A DNA stretch of 28,434 nt. It comes from an uncultured Alphaproteobacteria bacterium (GTDB lineage: Bacteria > Pseudomonadota > Alphaproteobacteria > Rs-D84). A model generated the notes under the pieces. That model was not told the DNA's origin, ran no database searches, and saw only the letters and a program-made list of their open reading frames with translations. The position numbers and the translations under genes were made by a program. Of this stretch, positions 7,775 to 15,617 are shown piece by piece (positions within the stretch are counted from its first letter, which is position 1; each line of letters begins with the position of its first letter). The stretch covers positions 1 to 28,434 of the forward strand of contig CAMOCR010000001.1 of assembly GCA_946611025.1 (NCBI GenBank). Direction: 5' to 3'.

Positions 7775-9391
7775 CGGCAGTATGCCATCAATAATTTTTC
7801 CCGCCGTTGGCACCGCATTCCATGCGGCCGTACGCAGACCAAAAGATTCCTTGACCCCCTTGGGTTCATCCAAGATAACCAACAAAACATATTGTGGTGA
7901 ATTTATCGGGAACACACCTGCAAACGCGGTCAGGTTGCGCATTTTATCAATTTTACCGGTGGCATCGCGTTTTTCTGCAGTTGCCGTTTTACCACCGATT
8001 TCAATACCCTTGATTCGCGCTTGTTTACCACTGGTTTCTTCGGTAATACGGAACATTATCTCGCGCAGTTTTTGTGAAATTTCTGCACTTAAAACACGTT
8101 CACCATTTACCGCCCCCAGCGAACGCTTTTGCAATGTTGGATAAACATATATACCACCGTTTGTCATTGCGTTTACCGCCAATAACAAATGCATTGGACT
8201 GACCGAAACACCATGTCCAAACGCAACCGTTGCGCGTTCAACCGGCCCCCATTTACGTGGCATCAACGGTTTTTCAGTCGTTCCAAATTCCAGGTCCAGT
8301 TTTTCATCCAGATGCAACCGATGGAAAAATTCACGTTGTGCGCCATCAGGTAAATCCAGCGCAATTTGCGCACTGCCACTGTTGCATGAATGCAGCATAA
8401 TTTCATCAACGCTTAAATATGGACGTGGTGGTTTAAATGTTCGTACATCACCAATCGATGCCGCAACCCGACCAAATTTATCCAAAACCTTGTACGGTTT
8501 AACGACATAGTATTCTTTATGAATACCATTTTCATATGCCAATGCCGTATTAAATATTTTGAAAATCGAACCCATTTCATACAACGCACGCATTGGCCGA
8601 AACATACGATTCCCCACCGGATCCAGATTTTTGTTTTCTGGGTCAAAGTCGGGCAATGACACCATCGCAACCATTTCGCCGGTGCGTGAATTCATCAGCA
8701 TACCCATTGCACCCTTGGCACTGTATTTATTCATCGCCATCGACAATTGTTCATAGAACACCGTTTGAACACGTGAATCAACCGACAACAACAATGGATC
8801 TTCATTTTCGGTTAAATAATCTTCAAATGCACTTTCGGCACCCTGAACCCCATGATTTTTAACATCAACAAAACCAACCACATGTGAAAACAGACGGCGC
8901 TTTGGATAACGGCGCATTTGTATTGGTTCAATATCAAACCCATAAATCTTGGATGCCTTGATTTGTTTTCTGTGTTCTTCGCTGGCGTTTTTTTCCAGAT
9001 ACATAAATTTGCGTCCAGAATTTACCAGCGCAATTGCATCACGCAACGGATACTTGAACGGTAAAATATTATGAATCAATTGTGCCGCCGCTTCCTTATC
9101 TTTATCTGGAATTGCAAATGGCCGCACCGTTATATGCCCCGATACAATATCCTTGGCCAAGATGTCTTTACCATTTCTATCAACAATATCTGCACGCGAT
9201 ACAATATCCAAACCATTGCTGTACCGTCGAACCTGATTACCAGACGCCCCCAAAAACAACGTTCGCGCAACAAACGCACCAAAAACAACACAAAACATAA
9301 AATAAACGAACGACAGGCGGCGCGAATTCTTGCGCGGGATACGCACATCTTTTAATTTGTGCTTTAAAATATCGTTGCCTATTTCAAACAT
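7760..9391 (-). CDS. ftsI: Class B penicillin-binding protein FtsI/PBP3
   Basis: N-terminal TM, RADIVDRNG, RRYP, SxxK (GSIFK), SxN (SCN), KTG-like GKTATA; directly downstream of ftsL. Confidence 0.92.
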   Translation of the reverse strand: MFEIGNDILKHKLKDVRIPRKNSRRLSFVYFMFCVVFGAFVARTLFLGASGNQVRRYSNGLDIVSRADIVDRNGKDILAKDIVSGHITVRPFAIPDKDKEAAAQLIHNILPFKYPLRDAIALVNSGRKFMYLEKNASEEHRKQIKASKIYGFDIEPIQMRRYPKRRLFSHVVGFVDVKNHGVQGAESAFEDYLTENEDPLLLSVDSRVQTVFYEQLSMAMNKYSAKGAMGMLMNSRTGEMVAMVSLPDFDPENKNLDPVGNRMFRPMRALYEMGSIFKIFNTALAYENGIHKEYYVVKPYKVLDKFGRVAASIGDVRTFKPPRPYLSVDEIMLHSCNSGSAQIALDLPDGAQREFFHRLHLDEKLDLEFGTTEKPLMPRKWGPVERATVAFGHGVSVSPMHLLLAVNAMTNGGIYVYPTLQKRSLGAVNGERVLSAEISQKLREIMFRITEETSGKQARIKGIEIGGKTATAEKRDATGKIDKMRNLTAFAGVFPINSPQYVLLVILDEPKGVKESFGLRTAAWNAVPTAGKIIDGILPLLFE

Positions 9392-9678
9392 TATTCGCGA
9401 TTTGGTAATTCGTCTATTGTTATGTTTTTATGAAAGCCGATTGTTTCCGCGCGCGCATTGTTTAATGTGACACGATCACGTAAAACCTCTGGTCGAACAT
9501 AGGTGGCAAATTGTGTTTCATAAACCGCAATTTGTTGTGATGTTGTTGCAACACCGGCGCGCACACGTTTTAACACGCGATTTTGCGTACGATAGCAAAC
9601 CTGTAAAACAACGGTTAAAACAACCGCCGCCGCACACAGCCACACACCGATATGAAACATTTTCTCGTCTTCGCTCAT
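9391..9678 (-). CDS. ftsL: Cell division protein FtsL (alphaproteobacterial type)
   Basis: One TM, a coiled coil and FATYVRPEVL (cf. alpha FtsL W-x-x-L-x-x-P); TAATG overlap with ftsI. Start chosen at ATG 9678 (GGGGG RBS); ATG 9717 overlapping the sufE stop is an alternative. Confidence 0.78.
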   Translation of the reverse strand: MSEDEKMFHIGVWLCAAAVVLTVVLQVCYRTQNRVLKRVRAGVATTSQQIAVYETQFATYVRPEVLRDRVTLNNARAETIGFHKNITIDELPNRE

Positions 9679-9713
9679 ATTCCCCCGCCCGATTTTATTC
9701 TTATTTAAGTTTA

Positions 9714-10079
9714 TCATAAATTCTGTAAAAAGCGAATCATTGAATTTACACCGTTCAATCGCCCCGCCCCCAGATTTAATTCTAACCCAGAAAACATTTG
9801 TGCCAGATCCATTTGTCTAATTTCATCTGGTGTGTGTCCATCAACCATAGATAACAATATTGCAACAATACCACGCACAATTGCCGAATCGGCACATGCA
9901 TAAAACCTATTGCCAAGCCGGCAAATTTCAACATGCGACGCACACCCCGTAATTTCACTGCACACGGCACCATCTGGGACCTGTGCCAAACGCGCCCCCA
10001 AATCCATAACCATTTCCAGTTTCATTGCCGGATCGGTAATGCCCGATAATAATTTTTTTATTTCATCATAATTCATCAT
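9714..10079 (-). CDS. sufE: Cysteine desulfurase acceptor SufE
   Basis: ITGCASHV (acceptor Cys), DSAIVRGIVAIL, LGAGRLNG; two genes downstream of sufS. Confidence 0.9.
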   Translation of the reverse strand: MMNYDEIKKLLSGITDPAMKLEMVMDLGARLAQVPDGAVCSEITGCASHVEICRLGNRFYACADSAIVRGIVAILLSMVDGHTPDEIRQMDLAQMFSGLELNLGAGRLNGVNSMIRFLQNL

Positions 10080-10082
10080 AAA

Positions 10083-10397
10083 TTACCATCCGCTTTCTGT
10101 TAAATCTAATTCCAGACGCGCCGCATCCGACATCATCGATAAATTCCATGGCGGGTCCCAAACCAATTCAACACGCACCGGCGCACCATGCGCAACCGCG
10201 GCAACCGCATCTTTGACCTGGGCAAAGATTTCTTCCATCAATGGACATGTGGGACTGGTAAATGTCATGGTTATAACAATTTCTTTGGTACCGATTTTTA
10301 TATCATAAACCAAACCCAAATCCCAAATATTTACCGGAATTTCCGGGTCATACACGGTTTTTAATGCATCAATAATATCTTCACGCGATGTCGCCAT
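10083..10397 (-). CDS. DUF59 / SufT-like Fe-S assembly protein
   Basis: LKTVYDPEIPVNIWDLGLVY, MTFTSPTCP, VELVWDPPW. Confidence 0.92.
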   Translation of the reverse strand: MATSREDIIDALKTVYDPEIPVNIWDLGLVYDIKIGTKEIVITMTFTSPTCPLMEEIFAQVKDAVAAVAHGAPVRVELVWDPPWNLSMMSDAARLELDLTESGW

Positions 10398-11503
10398 TAC
10401 TTTATAATCCCCCGAATAATATCAACCGTGCGTACGGCATCATCCATCGTATTCCATGGTCCAACCGATATTCTTATTGACCCGTCAACACCCAACGCAT
10501 GATGCATCCACGATGCACACATATTTCCAACACGTACACAAACATCATGCGCACCAATCAACACCCCAAAATCCAGCACATGCATATCGCGAACCACAAA
10601 TGAAATTATTTTTGCATCACGCGGTGTCAACAACTGTACACGTGGCATTTTTGACAATTCATCATACATATACGAAATAATATCCGCACCACCCGACCAC
10701 GTGCGCCACGCATCAATCGCAACCGGCAATCCCGCAATTTGTGCCAATGGTAATGTGCCCGCTTCGAATTTATTTGGCGCAACATCAATGTTCCATGTAT
10801 CACCCGATATGGTTTGAACCATGCCACCACCAAATTTATCGGGCATAAATACATCGGGGTCTTTGATATACATTACACCAACGCCGGTGTTCGCCCCAAT
10901 TTTATGTCCCGAAAAACACATAAAATCACAATTCCATTTTTGCACATCAATTGGTGCATGTGCGACATATTGCGCCGCATCAACAATCGTTATGACATTT
11001 GGGTTTTTATCACGCGCCGCCGCAATAATTTTTTGAACATCTTGCCCCACACCCATAACATTAGACATGGCGGTAATAACCATAACGTCGGCATATGGCA
11101 CATTACCGGCATCAATATCATAATTTTCATCCAGCGGCATTTTTACCAATTCCATTTCACCACGCCGCGCAACATTTTCCCATGGCATGCGCGCACTGTG
11201 ATGGTCAATATCGGCAACCGCAACCGTCTTTACGTTTTTTGTACCACGCACAATATTCACGATTCTGTTCATCGCATCGGTCGTGCCCGATGTAAAAATC
11301 ACCTGATTCGCAGATTCGGCACCAATAAAGTTCGCCACATATTCACGTGCATGCGCCAACATTTCATCTGCCGCGATGCTGCGCGCGCAAACGCCCCGCC
11401 CCGTGTTCGCATATGAATCACGCAAAAATCGGGTTTCGGCATCAATAACCCCAGACGATTTTAAGGCACTTGCCGCCGCATCTAAGTATATGATTTTATT
11501 CAT
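10397..11503 (-). CDS. sufS: Group II cysteine desulfurase SufS
   Basis: YLDAAA, FTSGTT, DHHS, VDAAQ, FSGHK (PLP Lys), FEAGT, RVGNMCA (persulfide Cys). Start moved to ATG 11503 (MNKIIYLD). Confidence 0.92.
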   Translation of the reverse strand: MNKIIYLDAAASALKSSGVIDAETRFLRDSYANTGRGVCARSIAADEMLAHAREYVANFIGAESANQVIFTSGTTDAMNRIVNIVRGTKNVKTVAVADIDHHSARMPWENVARRGEMELVKMPLDENYDIDAGNVPYADVMVITAMSNVMGVGQDVQKIIAAARDKNPNVITIVDAAQYVAHAPIDVQKWNCDFMCFSGHKIGANTGVGVMYIKDPDVFMPDKFGGGMVQTISGDTWNIDVAPNKFEAGTLPLAQIAGLPVAIDAWRTWSGGADIISYMYDELSKMPRVQLLTPRDAKIISFVVRDMHVLDFGVLIGAHDVCVRVGNMCASWMHHALGVDGSIRISVGPWNTMDDAVRTVDIIRGIIK

Positions 11504-11531
11504 TTTATGTTTTCTCTTGCATTTTTTGACG

Positions 11532-11559
11532 ATTATAATACACTTTAGCGAAATATCAA
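11532..11559 (-). promoter_or_regulatory. Sigma70-type promoter for the suf-ftsL-ftsI run; -10 is part of the palindrome ATTATAAT
   Basis: Minus strand TTGATA (11554-11559)-16 nt-TATAAT (11532-11537); the plus strand also reads TATAAT at 11534-11539 upstream of trxA. Confidence 0.55.
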
Positions 11560-11578
11560 CAACCAAGGGAGAAAAAAG

Positions 11579-11899
11579 ATGGCATTACAACACGCAAACG
11601 ACGAAACTTTTCCATCTATGATTGGCGATGGCATAACATTGGTTGATTTCTGGGCAACATGGTGTGGTCCATGCCGCATGTTTGGTCCAATTTTCGAAAG
11701 TGTTTCTGAAAAAATCGGTGATGTGAATTTTGTAAAATTTGAAATTGACGAAACGAATCGCCGCACACCTGCGAAATATGGCATTCGCAGCATCCCCAGT
11801 GTTCTGGCATTTAAAAACGGCGAATTGGTCGAAGCACGCACTGGTTTAATGGATGAAGAAACGGTCACAGCATGGGTAAATGAATTAAAGGCATCATAA
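11579..11899 (+). CDS. trxA: Thioredoxin
   Basis: DFWATWCGPC, YGIRSIP; AAGGGAG RBS. Confidence 0.97.
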   Translation: MALQHANDETFPSMIGDGITLVDFWATWCGPCRMFGPIFESVSEKIGDVNFVKFEIDETNRRTPAKYGIRSIPSVLAFKNGELVEARTGLMDEETVTAWVNELKAS

Positions 11900-11900
11900 A

Positions 11901-12335
11901 ATGGCGACAAGAAAAGATTTTAAAAAGATTGAACTGCCACCGAAATATGTTCCAAAAAAATCGGAACCATATATGTGTCCCGAACAGTTGGCATATTTCT
12001 ATCAGTTATTAACCGCGCAAAAACAGGAATTACAACACACATCAAGTGATGTGTTAAATTCTGTACGCATGGCGGAAAAATCATCGGCCGATGGTGTTGG
12101 TGATGATTCCGACAGCGCAACACTGGAACAAGAAATAACAATGAACCTGCGGATGAGCCAGCGCGACAATAATTTGATGCGTAAAATTGATGCCGCATTG
12201 GCGCGTCTGGATGACGGCACATATGGATACAGTGTTGTTTCCGGTGACGAAATTGGAATTCAACGCATGTTGGCACGCCCGTTGGCGACAATGACGGTCG
12301 AAGAACAAGAAGAATACGAACAACGCAAAGAATAA
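11901..12335 (+). CDS. dksA: RNA polymerase-binding factor DksA, zinc-independent type
   Basis: EPYM-x-x-EQLAYF N-terminus, DDSDSA coiled-coil tip, KIDAALARLDDGTYGY, EIGIQRMLARP. Confidence 0.93.
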   Translation: MATRKDFKKIELPPKYVPKKSEPYMCPEQLAYFYQLLTAQKQELQHTSSDVLNSVRMAEKSSADGVGDDSDSATLEQEITMNLRMSQRDNNLMRKIDAALARLDDGTYGYSVVSGDEIGIQRMLARPLATMTVEEQEEYEQRKE

Positions 12336-12361
12336 AAAATCCGCCATTGGCGGATTTTTTT
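12334..12361. terminator. Bidirectional intrinsic terminator between dksA and tatA
   Basis: AAAAAATCCGCC-ATT-GGCGGATTTTTT perfect inverted repeat between convergent genes. Confidence 0.9.
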
Positions 12362-12375
12362 CTTGTGTATTTATT

Positions 12376-12603
12376 TTATTTTTTTGCGACCTTTTTCGCC
12401 GGTGTTTTTTTCACCGGTTTCTTTTTTGGTGCCGCCTTGGGCGCCGGTTTTTCTGGGGCGGGTTCTGTCTTCATTTCTTTTTTGAAAACATTTAACCCAT
12501 CGGCCAAGTTTTTCATCATGCCTGGAATCTTGTTGTGACCAAACAAAATCACAACCAACACGACAATGACTAAAATTTCTGCCCAACCAAAACGTCCAAA
12601 CAT
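12376..12603 (-). CDS. tatA: Twin-arginine translocase subunit TatA
   Basis: GWAEILVIVVLVVILFGHNKIPGMMKNLADGLNVFKKEM matches the TatA TM-FG-amphipathic helix pattern; AAGGAG RBS. Confidence 0.93.
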   Translation of the reverse strand: MFGRFGWAEILVIVVLVVILFGHNKIPGMMKNLADGLNVFKKEMKTEPAPEKPAPKAAPKKKPVKKTPAKKVAKK

Positions 12604-12632
12604 TTTTATCTCCTTATACTAACAACTAGCCC

Positions 12633-13463
12633 CTATTTTGCGACATAGCAATCCAATCCATCAGATTTTGCATTCTGGCAGAAGCCATTTGCATCATTTG
12701 ATGATGTGAACGCGACACGCAATCTGTATGTGGTTTTGCCGTTTGGCAATTGCGCCGCCAAGATTACGAATTGTTTGCCTTCGAATAAACTCTTGTGTCC
12801 AGCGCGCATTTGACGTTCTGCACTTTCCGCCAAGGCACGTGAACTGTACGAACCAAACTGAACATACCAACCACCACGTGCAACCGTCGATGTTGATTTA
12901 ACAACTGGTTGTTTTGCCGCCGGCTTTGGTGCTGGCTGTACCGCTGGTTTTGCAGCCGGTGCTGGTTTTGGTTGCGCAACTGGCGCAGGCTGTGCGACTG
13001 GTGCGGGTGCCGGATTGGCGACTGGTGCGGGGGCTGGCTGTGCCACCGGTTTCGGCTGTTCCGCCGCCGGATTAAATGTCACATCACGACGTTCGGTGAC
13101 AACGCGTACCGGAACACCATTATTTTCCACCACGGGTTGTGGTGCCGCCGGTTTCGGCTGTGGTGCGACTTCGACTGGGACCGGTTTTGCCGGCACATTT
13201 AATGTGTCATTTGGCACATCAACCGAATCGGTACCAACGACCACCGGTTCATCTAAATTTATTTCCACAGATTTCGATGAATCGTTTCCAATTGTACGAA
13301 TAATGATATACACCGCCAATATAATGACGACCAACGCCAACCCCATCAACATCCACGGTTTGCGCGGACGCGGTGCGGCAAATGGTGTTGTTTCCGGCAA
13401 TGTTTCAACCGGTGTATCATCGTCTAAATCTAACAGGTCCAAATTGTTATCTTCGTTATTCAT
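12633..13463 (-). CDS. SPOR-domain cell division protein (FtsN-like)
   Basis: Short acidic N-terminus, single TM, Pro/Ala/Gln-rich linker (PAPAPVAQ repeats), C-terminal SPOR (WYVQFGSYSSRALAE ... YRLRV ... ANGFC). Start ATG 13463 after GGGGGG RBS. Confidence 0.88.
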   Translation of the reverse strand: MNNEDNNLDLLDLDDDTPVETLPETTPFAAPRPRKPWMLMGLALVVIILAVYIIIRTIGNDSSKSVEINLDEPVVVGTDSVDVPNDTLNVPAKPVPVEVAPQPKPAAPQPVVENNGVPVRVVTERRDVTFNPAAEQPKPVAQPAPAPVANPAPAPVAQPAPVAQPKPAPAAKPAVQPAPKPAAKQPVVKSTSTVARGGWYVQFGSYSSRALAESAERQMRAGHKSLFEGKQFVILAAQLPNGKTTYRLRVAFTSSNDANGFCQNAKSDGLDCYVAK

Positions 13464-13494
13464 GCGAAATCCCCCCATTTGTTTACTACTGGGT

Positions 13495-13522
13495 ATTATA
13501 CCATAAAATTAGGCATTTACAA
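13495..13522 (-). promoter_or_regulatory. Sigma70-type promoter for the SPOR gene and tatA
   Basis: Minus strand TTGTAA-16 nt-TATAAT with TGG extended -10. Confidence 0.6.
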
Positions 13523-13550
13523 AATGTAATCAGCAAACAAATTAAAATTA

Positions 13551-13694
13551 TTATTTTGGCATTTGACCAAAGTGTGGTGGCACAATCAGTTTATGATTTT
13601 CTTCGACAATTGGTTCTGTTTCACAGTGATGAATACAGCCCATCAAAGATACCGACACAACCCCCAACAAAATAATCGCGACAGTTTTTTTCAT
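13551..13694 (-). CDS. Small (47 aa) predicted lipoprotein, below the ORF-track cutoff
   Basis: MKKTVAIILLGVVSVSLMGCIHHCETEPIVEENHKLIVPPHFGQMPK; lipobox LMGC; RBS AAGGAAAGGGT directly upstream. Confidence 0.75.
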   Translation of the reverse strand: MKKTVAIILLGVVSVSLMGCIHHCETEPIVEENHKLIVPPHFGQMPK

Positions 13695-13716
13695 ACCCTT
13701 TCCTTTTTAATTATAT

Positions 13717-13736
13717 GGGGCGCAAAAACGCGCCCC
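13717..13736 (-). terminator. GC-rich hairpin after thrS (possible terminator)
   Basis: GGGGCGC-6 nt-GCGCCCC just after the thrS stop; the U-tract is weak. Confidence 0.45.
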
Positions 13737-13744
13737 GATATTCA

Positions 13745-15478
13745 TTACAACGGCATTTTGATTGCGTCACGCATTTCTGCAACAAACGCATCCAAAGATT
13801 TCGTTTCTTGTTTTTCAACGCCCAGACGACGCAGGGTCACCATTTTATCGGCGGCTTCTTTGTCACCAACAACGGCGATGATTGGCGTTTTTGCCAACGA
13901 CAGTTCACGAATCTTGTAATTAACCTTTTCATCGCGCAAATCGGCACGGCAATACACCCCCGCCGCACGCAAGGCATTTACAACTTCGTTTGCATAGTCC
14001 GCCTGTTTTTCGGAAATTGGCGTCACAACCACGGGTTCCGGCGACAACCACAACGGCAAATTACCACCGGTTGATTCCAGCAATACACCCATAAAGCGTT
14101 CAATTGAACCTAACAACGCACGATGCAACATAATCGGGCGATGCTTTTCGCCATCTTCGCCAACATAGGACAAGTCGAAACGTTCCGGCAAATTCATATC
14201 CAACTGAACCGTGCCACATTGCCAAACACGCCCCATTGAATCTTTCAAATAATTATCAATTTTTGGACCATAGAATGCCGCATCACCTTCGGCAATTTCG
14301 TATTCAATCCCATTTGCATCCAGCGCATGTTTCAATGCGCCTTCGGCTTTATCCCAAACTTCATCACTGCCGATTCTAAATTCGGAATTTGGACGCGTTG
14401 CCAATTTCATCGAGATTTTATCAAATCCAAATTTGCCGTAAATATCTTTGATGAATTTCAAGATTTTCACAACTTCCGTTTCTAATTGTTCTTCGGTGCA
14501 AAAGATGTGCGCATCGTCTTGGGTAAATTCACGCACACGCATCAAACCCGACAAACCGCCCGCAGCCTCATAACGACAAACCTTGCCGAATTCAGCCAAA
14601 TACAAAGGCAAATCTTTATACGATTTAATGCCCTGGCCAAAGACCAACATACCACCCGGACAAGACATCGGCTTTACACAGAACGTTTTGCCATCTTGCG
14701 TTTTTCCAGAATAGTTATGCGCACCATATTTCGCCCAGTGGCCGCTACGTTCCCACAAGCAACGGTCCATAATGGACGGCGTGGAAATTTCCAAATAGCC
14801 CGCGCGTTCCTGACGTGCACGCAAATAATCAATAAGTTTGCGATAAATGCGATAACCATTATTGTGCCAGAACACCGCCCCCGGCGCATATTCTGGTTCA
14901 AAGTGGAACAAGTCCATATCTTTACCCAATTTACGATTATCGCGCTGTGCGGCTTCTTCTTGCATTTTCAAGAACTGTTCCAAATCTTCCTTGGTTAAAA
15001 ATGCATCAACATAAATGCGTTGCAGCATTTTGTTTTTTGAATCCCCCTTCCAGTATGCACCGGCAACATTACGAATTTTGAAAGAATCGCGTGGCAAATC
15101 TTTGGAACTTTCCACGTGCGGCCCACGACACAAATCGGTAAAATCGCGGAAAGTATAAACCGACAAATTTTCCCCCGCCGCATCATATTCGTTTAACCAT
15201 TCCATTTTGTATGGTTGAAATTTGAATAAACCTTTGGCTTCGTCTAAATCAACAAACCGTTGTTCAAACCGACCGTTTGATTTAATCAGTTCGCGCATTT
15301 CTTTTTCAATTTTCGCAAAATCTTCTTCGCTAAATCTGTGTTCGGTATCAAAATCGTAATAGAACCCGTTTTCAATCGCCGGACCACCCGCGAATTTAAC
15401 ATCTGGAAATAACTTTTGCACCGCTGCTGCCATAACATGCGCCAACGAATGACGAACCGTTTCAATTGGATAAGACAT
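13745..15478 (-). CDS. thrS: Threonyl-tRNA synthetase (short form lacking the N-terminal TGS domain)
   Basis: RHSLAHVM, ENGFYYDF, DLCRGPH, KPMSCP, GLMRVREFTQDDAHIFC, AFYGPKID, MLHRA. Confidence 0.97.
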   Translation of the reverse strand: MSYPIETVRHSLAHVMAAAVQKLFPDVKFAGGPAIENGFYYDFDTEHRFSEEDFAKIEKEMRELIKSNGRFEQRFVDLDEAKGLFKFQPYKMEWLNEYDAAGENLSVYTFRDFTDLCRGPHVESSKDLPRDSFKIRNVAGAYWKGDSKNKMLQRIYVDAFLTKEDLEQFLKMQEEAAQRDNRKLGKDMDLFHFEPEYAPGAVFWHNNGYRIYRKLIDYLRARQERAGYLEISTPSIMDRCLWERSGHWAKYGAHNYSGKTQDGKTFCVKPMSCPGGMLVFGQGIKSYKDLPLYLAEFGKVCRYEAAGGLSGLMRVREFTQDDAHIFCTEEQLETEVVKILKFIKDIYGKFGFDKISMKLATRPNSEFRIGSDEVWDKAEGALKHALDANGIEYEIAEGDAAFYGPKIDNYLKDSMGRVWQCGTVQLDMNLPERFDLSYVGEDGEKHRPIMLHRALLGSIERFMGVLLESTGGNLPLWLSPEPVVVTPISEKQADYANEVVNALRAAGVYCRADLRDEKVNYKIRELSLAKTPIIAVVGDKEAADKMVTLRRLGVEKQETKSLDAFVAEMRDAIKMPL

Positions 15479-15530
15479 AATAAATACCTTCTTTGTAATA
15501 TTTTGTTTGTTTATTTAATTGTTGTTTTTG

Positions 15531-15558
15531 ATTATAGCGCGCACATAAAAAAGCGCAA
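15531..15558 (-). promoter_or_regulatory. Sigma70-type promoter for thrS
   Basis: Minus strand TTGCGC-16 nt-TATAAT, then an A-rich leader and AAGGT RBS. Confidence 0.6.
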
Positions 15559-15617
15559 TTAGAAATTACACCCCCGCAGGGGTTGTTGTAGTTGTGGTTG
15601 TAAAAACAAACATATAT

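Noticed and set aside
12900-13210. Short tandem DNA repeats (GCACCAGTCGC-like) in the SPOR gene and similar ones in nlpD
   Set aside because: They encode ordinary Pro/Ala/Lys linkers; they are not CRISPR repeats (no spacers) or mobile element ends.
13745-15478. ThrS lacking the TGS domain
   Set aside because: Short ThrS forms are known in several bacterial groups, and the editing and catalytic motifs are intact.
15479-15617. Possible T-box or other structured thrS leader, or small RNA
   Set aside because: The leader is about 50 nt, A-rich and unstructured. The only hairpin (about 15568-15586) is weak and lies upstream of the promoter; it is more likely the end of the 1055-aa gene transcript.
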